DNA of 63,584 nucleotides, counting the filler, from Candidatus Babelota bacterium (GTDB lineage Bacteria; JAGOBX01): the NCBI GenBank assembly GCA_017999075.1. It is 11 parts of 11 records of this genome, joined end to end, with 100 filler letters (N's around TTAATTAATTAA, not from the genome) between each part and the next. Parts side by side here need not be neighbours in the genome. Positions count along the whole stretch, not along the records: positions 1 to 5,769 come from JAGOBX010000258.1; positions 5,870 to 11,632 come from JAGOBX010000259.1; 9 more parts are not named here. One strand, given 5' to 3'. Shown here one piece after another: positions 1-10,345 of this stretch. Each line of letters opens with the position of its first letter. The stretch's first letter is position 1. The notes under the pieces were generated by a model that was not told the origin of the DNA, ran no database searches, and was given only the letters and a program-made list of their open reading frames with translations. The translations under genes were made by a program, and so were the position numbers.

Positions 1-90
1 TTAATATTAAATTTAATTTTAAGTGTTCCGCAATGAATTTGCCAATATAAAAAAATCAAAAAAATAATAAAATTTTTTAAGGAGAAAATT

Positions 91-1578
91 ATGACTGTTA
101 AAAATGATACTTTAATTTTGATACGTTCGAAATTTTTAGTTCCTGTAAGCGACAAACTTGGCAGATCAGCGGTAATTCAAGATGGATATGTGTTGATAAA
201 AAATGAAAAAATTTTCAAATCAGGAAAATATGCGGAATCAATAGGGAAATCCATTATTGAAAAATATGGGAAAAATCTTAAAATAATCGGAACCCCAAAG
301 AAATCAGGATATAAAGTTTCTGACATAAAATGTCTGCACAGAATAATGCTTCCTGGTTTTGTTAAAGCGCACGGTCATGATCACGAATCTCCTATTATAG
401 GTATAGCTAAAGATGTTCCGTTAACTCCATGGCTTGATAAAGCTGTAAATTTATTTACAGGTTTTATGAATGAAAAAAGAAATATGCTGGAAAAGAAATT
501 CGGGAAATCTCCGAATTACATAACTTATATAAAGGCTCGTCTTGATGATATATATTACGGGATAACATCGTCTATGGTACATCATTGCAATCATAATAAA
601 TACCGAGTTGAAGAAATTGTGAATGCAAATATTGATGCCGGAACTAAAATGATTGTAGCAGTAGGAAGCCAGGATCAGCATTATGATGCAAGAATATTAG
701 ATATTCCTGCTGATATAGCTGTAGAACGTCTTGATAAATATTTGAAACTATATGGAAATTCTGAACGTACACAAATTATACCTGGTCCAGATCAGGATTT
801 TTCAAATACTCCGGAGTTATTGAAAAAACTTAAGGCGTGGTCGAAAACTAATAAAACGCTTATACACATACATAGTTCGGAAGAACCCAATACTACAAAA
901 TGGTTTACTAAAAATAATGGAATGACTCCAGTTGAAATGTTTAATTCAATAAAATTTCTTGATGAAAATACAATTCTTGCACATCAGGTTAATTGCACGG
1001 AAAATGATTTGAAAATATTAAAGAAGACAGGGGCGAAAGTTGTTCATAACCCTTTAGCGAATACAATATTAGGTTCAGGAATGCCGCCGATTATTAAAAT
1101 GCTAAAAATGGGAATTCCTGTAGTGATTTCAACTGACGGCTCAGGCAGCGCTGATAATCAGTCTATTATATCTGCTGCTAAATTGGCATCACAGTATCAA
1201 AAAGCATTAAATCAGGATGCGACTTTGCTTCCTGCTCAAAAAATCCTGGAAATGATTACTATAGATCCTGCCAATTTTTTGAGAATGAACACTGGCTCTA
1301 TTGAAATTGGAAAAGATGCTGATGTTATTTTGCTTGATCTTGATAGACCTAATATGACTCCTACACGCAAAGATAATGTTATTGATAATATTATTTGGGC
1401 AGCTGACGGAAGTGAAATAAGCGATGTTATAGCTAATGGAAAAGTATTGAAAGAAAATTATAAATTTATAACTTTAAATGCTGATAAGATAAAAAAAGAA
1501 ACTTTAGAATTGTCTGAACTTATGATTGAATATAGAAAAACAGCTAAAGAAATAAAAGGAACCGGAGCTCATAAATAA
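91..1578 (+). CDS. Amidohydrolase superfamily metal-dependent deaminase (MtaD/GuaD/AtzA-like)
   Basis: PGFVKAHGH metal motif, HIHSSE, LAHQV, HNPLAN, STDG, and the GSIEIGKDAD C-terminal motif; GGAG RBS upstream. Confidence 0.85.
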   Translation: MTVKNDTLILIRSKFLVPVSDKLGRSAVIQDGYVLIKNEKIFKSGKYAESIGKSIIEKYGKNLKIIGTPKKSGYKVSDIKCLHRIMLPGFVKAHGHDHESPIIGIAKDVPLTPWLDKAVNLFTGFMNEKRNMLEKKFGKSPNYITYIKARLDDIYYGITSSMVHHCNHNKYRVEEIVNANIDAGTKMIVAVGSQDQHYDARILDIPADIAVERLDKYLKLYGNSERTQIIPGPDQDFSNTPELLKKLKAWSKTNKTLIHIHSSEEPNTTKWFTKNNGMTPVEMFNSIKFLDENTILAHQVNCTENDLKILKKTGAKVVHNPLANTILGSGMPPIIKMLKMGIPVVISTDGSGSADNQSIISAAKLASQYQKALNQDATLLPAQKILEMITIDPANFLRMNTGSIEIGKDADVILLDLDRPNMTPTRKDNVIDNIIWAADGSEISDVIANGKVLKENYKFITLNADKIKKETLELSELMIEYRKTAKEIKGTGAHK

Positions 1579-1585
1579 AAAAATA

Positions 1586-3508
1586 TTATGAACCCATTTT
1601 TTTTTGTTCGAGAAATGCCCAGCGTTCGTATAATGAATTTATTTTTTCGCTGACATTCTGATAAAACAACTGACGTTCTTTTATTATGTCAACCGGTTGT
1701 TTGTGAAACGCCGGTTGACTCATTTCATTTTCAATATCGCTTTTTAGTTTTTCGTTTTTTAGTATATCGTGTTCTATTGAAGCAAATTCTGCTTTTTCCG
1801 AATATGATAATACTGATTTTTTTTGTTTTTCTGTCGGTTTGGATTCGGCTGCAACATTTTTTTTTGATGGATTTTTATTTGGAGTTAAGGCAAGACTTTC
1901 GATTATATCACAGTTATCAGAATAATTTCCTGCAAGACTTAATATTGTATTATTTTTTGTAAACAATAAAATTGAATCCGCTAATTTATCAATGAAAAAA
2001 CGGTCATGAGAAACAAAAATAATACAGCCGCAAAAAGATTTTAAACTGTCTTCAAGGTTTTGTAAAGTTTCAATATCAAGATCATTGGTTGGTTCGTCAA
2101 ATAGTAAAAAATTAGCTCCTGAAGTCATACTTTTTAACAATACCAGTCTATTTAATTCTCCTCCGCTTAAATATTTAATTTTGTTATTCATTTGTTCTGA
2201 ATTAAAAAGCATTTTTTTTAATATTGAATGAACCCTTATTTGATGATTGTTTAATGTAACATAATCATATCCGTCGCCGATGTATTGAACAAGAGTCAAT
2301 TCGGTATCAAGCGAATCTTTTAATTGTTCGTACATTTGAAATTTTGTGTTTATTCCAGCTTCAATTTTTCCGCTGTCAATTGATTCTTTATTCATTATTA
2401 TTTTTAATAAAGTTGATTTTCCGCATCCATTTGGTCCTATTACGGCAATTTTTTGATTGTCTTTCACCACCAATGAAAAATTTAAAAATAATGTCTTATG
2501 GTTGAATTGTTTTGAAATTGAATCAATCTCCAGAATTTTATTTCCTAAACGAGGAAACCAATTAAAATCAAATTCTGTTTTTAAAATGTTTTTTTCTAAA
2601 TTTCCTGAATCAAGAAGTTCGTAATATCGATCAATCCTTGCTTTTTGTTTAGTGGTTCTTGCTTTAGCTCCACGTTTTATCCATTGTGTTTCATTACGCA
2701 GAATATTAAGCCTGCTTTCTTCAGCCTTTTTAGAAATTTCAAGTTCATGAGCTTTTAATTCAAGGTATGCAGAATAATTTCCTGAAAATTTTTTTATTAA
2801 ACCGTTTTCTATTTCGTAAATATAATCAACTGTATTATCAAGAAAATAACGGTCGTGTGTGATTAACAACATGGTACCGTTATATTTTTGAATCATATCT
2901 TCGATAATTTTTATGGTGCTAATGTCAAGATGATTAGTAGGTTCGTCAAAAAGCAGAATATCAGGATGTTCAATAAAACATTTTGCTATAGCAATTTTTT
3001 TTTTTTGACCTCCGCTAAGATATTTTATTTTTGAATTAATATTGGCAATATCTAATTTTTGAAGAATAGATTGAATACGGTAATAATAATCCCAACCGTT
3101 GAGAAAATCAAGTTTGGAATGCAGTTCAGACTGCAATTTCAAGTCAGGATTTTCAGAATTTATTATTTTTTCATAATTGTAAATGGTTTTTATTATTTCG
3201 GAAAATGCAGCATTAGAATTTTCTTTAGAATAATTGGGGATATTTTCTATTTCCTGCAATATTGTGTGTTCAGGATTGAATTCCGGAAACTGTGGCAGAT
3301 AGGAAATAGAAGAGTCTTTTTGTATATAAATATTCCCTGAATTTATATGAAAAATTCCAACCAATATTTTCAGAAGAGTTGATTTTCCGCATCCGTTTCT
3401 TCCAATCAGCCCGATTTTTTGCCCTTTTTCTATTATTAAATCAGAATCTTTGAAAATATTTTTATTATCGATTGTTGCATTTAATTTAGTACATTGTATT
3501 ATAGACAT
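1586..3508 (-). CDS. uup: ABC-F family ATPase, Uup-like
   Basis: Two ABC domains (GRNGCGKST, LSGGQ, DEPTNHLD; GPNGCGKST, LSGGE, DEPTNDLD), ARTTKQKARI linker, C-terminal YERWAFLE coiled-coil domain, no TM segments. Confidence 0.88.
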   Translation of the reverse strand: MSIIQCTKLNATIDNKNIFKDSDLIIEKGQKIGLIGRNGCGKSTLLKILVGIFHINSGNIYIQKDSSISYLPQFPEFNPEHTILQEIENIPNYSKENSNAAFSEIIKTIYNYEKIINSENPDLKLQSELHSKLDFLNGWDYYYRIQSILQKLDIANINSKIKYLSGGQKKKIAIAKCFIEHPDILLFDEPTNHLDISTIKIIEDMIQKYNGTMLLITHDRYFLDNTVDYIYEIENGLIKKFSGNYSAYLELKAHELEISKKAEESRLNILRNETQWIKRGAKARTTKQKARIDRYYELLDSGNLEKNILKTEFDFNWFPRLGNKILEIDSISKQFNHKTLFLNFSLVVKDNQKIAVIGPNGCGKSTLLKIIMNKESIDSGKIEAGINTKFQMYEQLKDSLDTELTLVQYIGDGYDYVTLNNHQIRVHSILKKMLFNSEQMNNKIKYLSGGELNRLVLLKSMTSGANFLLFDEPTNDLDIETLQNLEDSLKSFCGCIIFVSHDRFFIDKLADSILLFTKNNTILSLAGNYSDNCDIIESLALTPNKNPSKKNVAAESKPTEKQKKSVLSYSEKAEFASIEHDILKNEKLKSDIENEMSQPAFHKQPVDIIKERQLFYQNVSEKINSLYERWAFLEQKKMGS

Positions 3509-3741
3509 AAATTTTATATTTTAACCTGAATTTTCATAAATTTATAAAATAATTTAAAAAACTAAAATTGAATTTTTAAACTAAAGTCGAATCAGTAATT
3601 TTTAAAATTTTATCCAATAATTTATAGTATATAATCTATTTATTCTAAGTCAAATTTATTTTTTAATTGTAAATTGAATTTTTATTGAATATAAGGTAAA
3701 ATTATATTCAATATTTATAATTTTTATTTAATTGGCAGGTT

Positions 3742-4764
3742 ATGTATATGAAAAATATTTTAGTTACAGGAGGAGCCGGTTTTATCGGTTCTAATTTTAT
3801 TCGGATATTATTGTCGGAACGTGATGATGTGAAGGTCATAAATTTTGATAAATTGACTTATGCTGGAAATCCGGAAAATTTGAAGGATGTAGAAAATGAT
3901 TCAAGATATAAATTTGTTCTCGGAGATATTTGTGATTATGTTAAAGTTCAAGAAACTATCGGAAGATACAAAATCGATACAATAGTAAATTTTGCCGCTG
4001 AAAGTCATGTTGATAGATCAATTATGGGAGCAGTTGACTTTATAAAAACAGATGTAGAAGGAGTATATGTGCTTCTTGAATGCGTCAGGAATACCGGAAT
4101 AGAAAAATTTATACAGATAAGCACGGACGAAGTTTATGGGAGCGTTGAAAAAGGATATTCAAAAGAAACTGATACTTTGATGCCGAGAAATCCTTATTCT
4201 GCAAGCAAAGCAGGCGGGGACAGGCTTGCGTATTCGTTTTATGCAACATATGGAATGCCAGTAATAATAACTCGCGCTTCAAATAATTACGGACCTTATC
4301 AATATCCGGAAAAATTAATTCCGTTGTTTGTTACAAATGCTATGGAAAATAAGAATGTGCCTTTGTATGGAGATGGGTTAAATATTCGAGACTGGCTGTA
4401 TGTTGAAGATCATTGCCGCGCTATTTTGTTTTTGCTTGATAAAGGGAAAAACGGAGAAATATATAATATCGGCGGAGGAAACCTTCACACTAATATTGAA
4501 ATAACTAAACTTATTTTAAAACTTGCCGGAAAAACTGAATCTCTCATATCTCCTGTAAAAGACCGTTTGGGACATGATAGAAGATATGCACTGGACTCCT
4601 CAAAACTTGAAATGATAGGATGGAAGCCGCTTATGTCTTTTGAAGAAGGAATTGAAAAAACTGTTAAGTGGTACATTGATAATAAGGAATGGTGGATGAA
4701 ACTTAAAAATAAGGATTTTGACAATTATTATAAAAAGCAATATATCGAAAGGGAGAAAAAATAA
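3742..4764 (+). CDS. rfbB: dTDP-glucose 4,6-dehydratase
   Basis: GGAGFIG, DKLTYAGN, AAESHVDRS, STDEVYG, YSASK and GHDRRYA motifs. Confidence 0.95.
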   Translation: MYMKNILVTGGAGFIGSNFIRILLSERDDVKVINFDKLTYAGNPENLKDVENDSRYKFVLGDICDYVKVQETIGRYKIDTIVNFAAESHVDRSIMGAVDFIKTDVEGVYVLLECVRNTGIEKFIQISTDEVYGSVEKGYSKETDTLMPRNPYSASKAGGDRLAYSFYATYGMPVIITRASNNYGPYQYPEKLIPLFVTNAMENKNVPLYGDGLNIRDWLYVEDHCRAILFLLDKGKNGEIYNIGGGNLHTNIEITKLILKLAGKTESLISPVKDRLGHDRRYALDSSKLEMIGWKPLMSFEEGIEKTVKWYIDNKEWWMKLKNKDFDNYYKKQYIEREKK

Positions 4765-4765
4765 C

Positions 4766-5641
4766 ATGAATATACTGGTAACAGGAGCAAATGGCATGCT
4801 CGGTTCTTCTTTAAAAGAAGAATCCCATAATTATAAGAATTTTAAAGTTTATTTTACAGATGTAAAAAAAATTGATATAACTGATAAAGATCAAGTTTCC
4901 AGATTTATCGAGGATTATCAGATTAAAGCTATAATAAACTGTGCTGCTTATACCAATGTGGATGCCTGTGAAAAAAATTCTGATTTGGCTAAACAGATAA
5001 ATGCTGAAGGTCCTGGGGTTTTAGCTGAAGTATGCAGAAAATATTTTATTAAACTTTGTCATATTAGTACCGATTATGTTTACAGTTCTTCAATTCTTGA
5101 ACCTCTTGATGAAACAGCTCAATTAAAACCGTTAAGTGTTTACGGTAAAACAAAACTTCTTGGAGAAAATAAGATTTGCGATAAAATGGACAGATATTTT
5201 ATTTTGCGTGCGGCATGGATGTTCGGCTGTTACGGAGAAAACTTTTTCAAATGGGTTTATAATACTGTCAAAAATAAAAATCAAATTAAACTCATTATTG
5301 ATCACTATGGAAATCCTACTTATTCTAATACGCTTGCAAATATAATATTTCACATAATAAAAACAGATAAATTCGGAATTTATAATGCATCCAATAACGG
5401 ATACACCAACTGGTATAATTTCGGAAAACATATTATTGATTCTGCAGACTTGGAAGCTAATATAAAGAAAATTACAGGAGCAGAATTGAAACTTCCGGCG
5501 AAACGTCCGCAGTTTTCTGTTATGAATATAAATAAACTTATTTCTACATTTCATATTAATATTGAATTGTGGCAGGATGCGGTTGTAGAATGTTTAAAGC
5601 GTTATAGAAAGATGTATGAACAGCGCCATCAAAGTAATTAA
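4766..5641 (+). CDS. rfbD: dTDP-4-dehydrorhamnose reductase
   Basis: GANGMLG, NCAAYTNVD, ISTDYVY, YGKTKLLGE and AKRP motifs. Start set at ATG 4766, immediately after the rfbB stop (ORF track starts at 4718). Confidence 0.92.
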   Translation: MNILVTGANGMLGSSLKEESHNYKNFKVYFTDVKKIDITDKDQVSRFIEDYQIKAIINCAAYTNVDACEKNSDLAKQINAEGPGVLAEVCRKYFIKLCHISTDYVYSSSILEPLDETAQLKPLSVYGKTKLLGENKICDKMDRYFILRAAWMFGCYGENFFKWVYNTVKNKNQIKLIIDHYGNPTYSNTLANIIFHIIKTDKFGIYNASNNGYTNWYNFGKHIIDSADLEANIKKITGAELKLPAKRPQFSVMNINKLISTFHINIELWQDAVVECLKRYRKMYEQRHQSN

Positions 5642-5769
5642 AGATAAAAACGGAACAAAAGATATTCTTTTAATAAATAACACGGCTATTTATAGTTCCT
5701 ATAACATTGAAAAATTTATAGAACGCCAGCTTTCCGCTATATTAAATTCCAATGTAAAAACAATAATAA
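5616..5769 (+). CDS. Partial CDS, truncated at contig end; N-terminus resembles motility-associated factor (Maf) proteins
   Basis: Overlaps the rfbD end; KNG...INN..IYSSYN..K..ER resembles the 'LHSxYxP' start of Maf-like proteins. Only about 50 aa are visible. Confidence 0.3.
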
Positions 5770-5869
5770 NNNNNNNNNNNNNNNNNNNNNNNNNNNNNNN
5801 NNNNNNNNNNNNNTTAATTAATTAANNNNNNNNNNNNNNNNNNNNNNNNNNNNNNNNNNNNNNNNNNNN
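5770..5869. other. Artificial contig spacer
   Basis: 44 N + TTAATTAATTAA (stops in all six frames) + 44 N. Confidence 0.99.
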
Positions 5870-7436
5870 TTTTACCTTTTGATTTTACTACAAATAAACT
5901 TGTTCCTATTGAGCTTGTGGTTGTGAATTTTTTAAGTGTTAATTTGAATTTTTTTCCTTTAGGCAATGTTGATGCGTCAACTTTAATGGTTTTTCCGGAT
6001 AATGACATTGAAGTTGAAACTCCTGAATAATTGTATAGCAGAACTTCTCCCAATCCGCCTACGGTAGTAGTTGGAGACGGCGACCAGTCTGACGGAATTG
6101 TTAAAGTTACTTGTCCGCCTGACATATCTTCAGTAGCAGTATAATAAAAAGTCAGGCTGCTGAGTTTGTAGTTTGGTTTTGCTGGAGTTGTTCTTGAAAA
6201 TTTTGCAGTTCCTGTACCGTCTATCGAAACTGTCCCGACAGGTTTATCAGCAGGAGGATTCCAGTATTTTTTTATGAAAGAATCCCATCCTGTGGCTGCA
6301 TTAAAATTGCTTGCTGCGTATTCTGAACCTTCAGCGTTGTTATAGGCAGTTTGAGTTTTAGGGAAAAATATTGCCGAACCGAATGAATTTGTTCTGGCGC
6401 TTCCGTATTTATATTCAATAACTGCTGATGATAATGCTGTCATAACAGAACTCGCTCCTGATAATACTGCAGGATCTGTTATGCCTTTAGCTGAAATGTT
6501 TTTCATAAAGTGATATAAGTCGGCATGCGGGTAACCATCAGCTTCCGAGAATGTTCTTGTAGCTTCTCTTGCTAATTTTATTTTTGACCATTGGTTAGCT
6601 GCAGAAATAAAATTTTTTATTGCGGTATGTACGTTTGAAATTTTTGTCAAATCTATAGCGCTTTGAGTTACTTCGGTTTCAACTCCTTTATAAGATTCGT
6701 CGTATTTTGTTACAATGATTGAACCAAGTGTTTTAGCATCCATAGAAGGGTTTGCCGCAAGTTGAGGCATAATTAAATCATAAGGCCAGCCTGCGCCTGG
6801 TTCAAGTTCTTCTGAACCTACCATAACATCCGCCAAATCTTTTACGTCTGTAGCTACTTCAATCATTCCCATTAGACAAGCATCAAAACCGATCAGATTC
6901 AATTTTGTTCCGCTTGAACTTATAGCAGATTTAACTTCTTTCATATACAAACAATCTTCGCCGTTTGAATCATCCCAGCAAATTGCTTTTACTATTCTTC
7001 CTGCTCTTGTTCTTTTAGCTCTCCATCCGCCTCCGTGATTCCATAAAACTAAAGCATATTTTTTGGCAGGATAATTTTGAGTTGTCCATACTATAAAATC
7101 TTTTAAGGTATTTGGATCTCCCATATTTTTTTCACCGAGATTTTGCACTGGAGTACTCTGAGGAGTATCCCCTTTTTTAATATAAAATCTTCGGGTATCT
7201 GTCCAATTGCCGTAAGAACTGTTTTCTCCGGGAATTCTGTCAAACTGAACAACAATATTCAAATTTTCGTTTGAACCGGATGTTGCCATTTCATTGAAAT
7301 CATTTACTGCATCGCCTTCAAGATTACAATCGCCGTCCATATAAACCATCCAAGTCCATTCTTTTGTAGCTGCATAAATTGATGCTGTAGAAAAAATTAA
7401 ACAGGTAAGTACAACCAGAAAAAACAATTTTTTCAT
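5870..7436 (-). CDS. Secreted clostripain-family (C11) cysteine peptidase with C-terminal beta-rich domain, 3'-truncated
   Basis: Signal peptide; WTWMVYMDGD, NMGDP, catalytic WNHGGGW (His) and GFDACLM (Cys), SEELEPGAGW. Confidence 0.9.
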
Positions 7437-7476
7437 AGGTTTGGCTCCTTAAAAAATATTTTTTGGGTACCATATT

Positions 7477-7505
7477 AATATACTGTAACAATATATGCTT
7501 GTCAA
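7477..7505 (-). promoter_or_regulatory. sigma70-type promoter for the clostripain gene
   Basis: Minus strand TTGACA-17 nt-TATATT about 40 bp upstream of the ATG. Confidence 0.6.
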
Positions 7506-7631
7506 ATCTTAAAGTCTATTATTTATTCAATTCATTTTTTATCAATATATTATTTTTTTATTTAATAATAATGAAAAAACAATATAATATATTGATAAAT
7601 AATCAATTAGTTAAAAATAATATTATTATCT

Positions 7632-7658
7632 TAAGATTTTTTCAGTTTATGCCGATAA
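7632..7658 (+). promoter_or_regulatory. sigma28 (FliA)-type promoter
   Basis: TAAG-N15-GCCGATAA versus consensus TAAA-N15-GCCGATAA; about 50 bp upstream of the flgE-like ATG. Confidence 0.7.
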
Positions 7659-7711
7659 AAAAAACGATTAATTTGTAAAAACTATTTATATCTTAACTTA
7701 AGGGAAAAATT

Positions 7712-10327
7712 ATGATAAGCGCATTATATACATCAGAATCAGGAATGTTAAGTATGCAGACAGGTTTGGATGTTATAGGTTATAACATTGCAAATGTCAA
7801 TACCGAAGCTTTTAAAAAGAATGATGTGACTTTTAAAGATTTATTATATCAATCATATAATGTTGCTCAAACTAATATAAATCCGCTTCAAAAAGGTTTG
7901 GGGGCAATGTTTGCCGATGCAAGGAAAATTATGACTCAAGGTTCTGCAATATCAGGATCATCTGAAACAGATTTGTATATAAGCGGTAATGGTTTTTTTG
8001 TATTGAATAAAGATGGTATGCAGTTATATTCAAGGCTTGGAAGATTTAGATTTGAAGCCGGAGAAAATTCTTCTGAGAATGGTTTTCCTGTAGTATCATC
8101 AGACGGAAATATTAATTATTATCTTGGTAATCCTACTGTAACTACCGCATTAAAATTAGTTAATCCGAATGACGGCGCAGTTTTACAGGGATGGATGGCT
8201 GATACTGAAACTGGAGAAATAACTTCTTCGGGTTCAGTTTCAAATATTGAAATAAGTGAACCGTATTTTTATATGAACCCTAAAGCTACTACTTATGAAA
8301 ATGTAAAAGGAACAATAAATGCTGAAGCGGCATTATCAGTATATAATTCTTCAATGATTAAAAATATGAGTGTCGGAGGTTCTGAAATCGGTCAATCAGA
8401 ATTATCAGATAATATTGAATTGTATGGAGCTTCAACCAATAATATTAAAGGACAATATAATATAGAAATTTATGAAGATGGTTCTGCAGTAGTAACTTTT
8501 GTATCTGAAAATGGACTTACTCCTCCTTCATCAAAAACTTTTGATGAAGGAAGTATTTCAACTGAAGTTGATGAAAATGGCGAAATTGTTTTGACAAATC
8601 TTATTCCAGGGTTGGAAATAACTTTGAAAAATGATATCGATTCACAGGTGAAATTGACCATAGATAATTCGGGAAAATCTATAGGCGATGAATTTTCTGC
8701 TATAAATACTGTTATTGATTCTTCCGGCGGAGAACATTCTGTAATGACAGTTTTTACTAAAATTTCAGAAAATACATGGAAATGGAAAACAGACCTGATT
8801 AATGAAGAAACTTTTACAGGCACGGGTAATGCTCAAAATTTTGTATTGTCAAATGATATAAATCAGCAGTATCCTGTTACTATTACGGCAAATAACGGGC
8901 TTGTTACAAGAACTATAGAACCATCACAATTTTATTTTTTTGAAGATAATAAAATAATTACTAACGGAACATTTGAATCAAATGAAACAATTACAATTTC
9001 ATATACTGATAAACTGGGGAATTCGAGAACTGAACAATTTACAGAACCTGAATACAGGCAGGCGTTTGTTTTAGATAAAAATATTGATCCTGAAACAGTA
9101 AAAATTTTTGTGGGCGGAAATGATTCTCCTCTGTCTTCTGAAAATTATTCGGTTGTAGGAAATAAAATTATTCCTGTAGATCTTGACGGTGACGGGAAAA
9201 GTGATCAGCCGTTTATTTATCCGGGAGCTGATATTAAAATAACATATCAGATTTCTCCTGTTTCAAAAAGTATGGCTGCATTTTATAAAGATGAATTTCC
9301 TGGTTCTGGAAATGCTGAAAATATAACGCTTACCAAAAAACCTGATTCAGATAAAGATATTACAATTAAAGTTGTAAATAATATTACCGGAGAAGAAGAG
9401 GTTTTAAGTTTGTCTGATTTTGATCTTACGGAAAATATTTTGTCGCCGAAAGACACTGATGGCGACGGAACAGCTGACAGTCCAGTTATAAATACTGATG
9501 AAAAACTTGTGGTAGAGTATTCTGAATATGTCAAACCTGTTACATTGACAGAAAATTTTACTATTGAAAACGGAAATAATGCAGCTCCTATCAGATTGCA
9601 GGCAGTTCCTGATTTATCTTCTATCATTGTTAAAGTAAATGGTGTTGAAATATCAGCGGATAATTATGAACTTGGCGGAAATATGATTTATCCTAAAGAT
9701 ACAGATGGAGACGGTATACGCGATTCATTCGGCTCTACAGGAGATATAGTTGAAATAAGTTATGATATTGTAAGTCAAACTGAAGGTATAATTACATTTG
9801 ATGCAATAGGAAATGTAATCGGAGGTTCAAGGACTCCAGAAATAACTTTTAATATTAATACTGCTGCAGAACCGTTAGTGATAGATTTTGATTTTGATAA
9901 AATAGTTCAGCAGGCAGGAGTTAAAGATTCTCTTAACGCTGAATATGACGGAAATAAAGAAGGGTATCTGACTAAAGTTCAGGTTTACAGCGATGGAACA
10001 ATTTCAGGGTATTATTCAAATTCTGAAACAAGAGATATAGCGCAGATAGCTCTTGCTACTTTTACAAATTCTGAATCGCTTGACAGGTTTGGAGACAGTT
10101 ATTTTAATGTAAATGCTAATTCTAATGAAACTGCGGTAATTTCAACTGCCGGAACTGACAGCGCGGCAGGAGTTATAGTTTCAAATTATCTCGAAGGTTC
10201 AAATGTGGATTTATCTACAGAGATGACTAATATGATAATTTATCAGCGCGCATTTCAGTTGGATGCCAAAGGAATCCATACTGCTGATGAAATGCTGCAA
10301 AATGCGATTAATTTGAAACGCAGTTAA
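7712..10327 (+). CDS. flgE: Flagellar hook protein FlgE family, enlarged by internal repeats
   Basis: N-terminal GLDVIGYNIANVNTEAFK, DLYISGNGFF, YSRLGRF; C-terminal LEGSNVDLSTEMTNMIIYQRAFQ..AK.I.TADEMLQ. Confidence 0.88.
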   Translation: MISALYTSESGMLSMQTGLDVIGYNIANVNTEAFKKNDVTFKDLLYQSYNVAQTNINPLQKGLGAMFADARKIMTQGSAISGSSETDLYISGNGFFVLNKDGMQLYSRLGRFRFEAGENSSENGFPVVSSDGNINYYLGNPTVTTALKLVNPNDGAVLQGWMADTETGEITSSGSVSNIEISEPYFYMNPKATTYENVKGTINAEAALSVYNSSMIKNMSVGGSEIGQSELSDNIELYGASTNNIKGQYNIEIYEDGSAVVTFVSENGLTPPSSKTFDEGSISTEVDENGEIVLTNLIPGLEITLKNDIDSQVKLTIDNSGKSIGDEFSAINTVIDSSGGEHSVMTVFTKISENTWKWKTDLINEETFTGTGNAQNFVLSNDINQQYPVTITANNGLVTRTIEPSQFYFFEDNKIITNGTFESNETITISYTDKLGNSRTEQFTEPEYRQAFVLDKNIDPETVKIFVGGNDSPLSSENYSVVGNKIIPVDLDGDGKSDQPFIYPGADIKITYQISPVSKSMAAFYKDEFPGSGNAENITLTKKPDSDKDITIKVVNNITGEEEVLSLSDFDLTENILSPKDTDGDGTADSPVINTDEKLVVEYSEYVKPVTLTENFTIENGNNAAPIRLQAVPDLSSIIVKVNGVEISADNYELGGNMIYPKDTDGDGIRDSFGSTGDIVEISYDIVSQTEGIITFDAIGNVIGGSRTPEITFNINTAAEPLVIDFDFDKIVQQAGVKDSLNAEYDGNKEGYLTKVQVYSDGTISGYYSNSETRDIAQIALATFTNSESLDRFGDSYFNVNANSNETAVISTAGTDSAAGVIVSNYLEGSNVDLSTEMTNMIIYQRAFQLDAKGIHTADEMLQNAINLKRS
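8804..9766 (+). repeat. Four degenerate ~70-80 aa repeats inside FlgE, three with DxDGDG loops
   Basis: Units begin E.F(TG/PG).GN...L; units 2-4 contain DLDGDGKSD (9179), DTDGDGTAD (9452) and DTDGDGIRD (9698); each ends in an I.I.Y-like strand. Confidence 0.75.
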
Positions 10328-10345
10328 TTTTTGCTTATTTTAATA

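Noticed and set aside
5616-5869. ORF-track proteins ending in XXXX-LIN or XXXX-N (here and at the other spacers)
   Set aside because: Those termini are translated linker; the real genes are truncated at contig edges, not pseudogenes.
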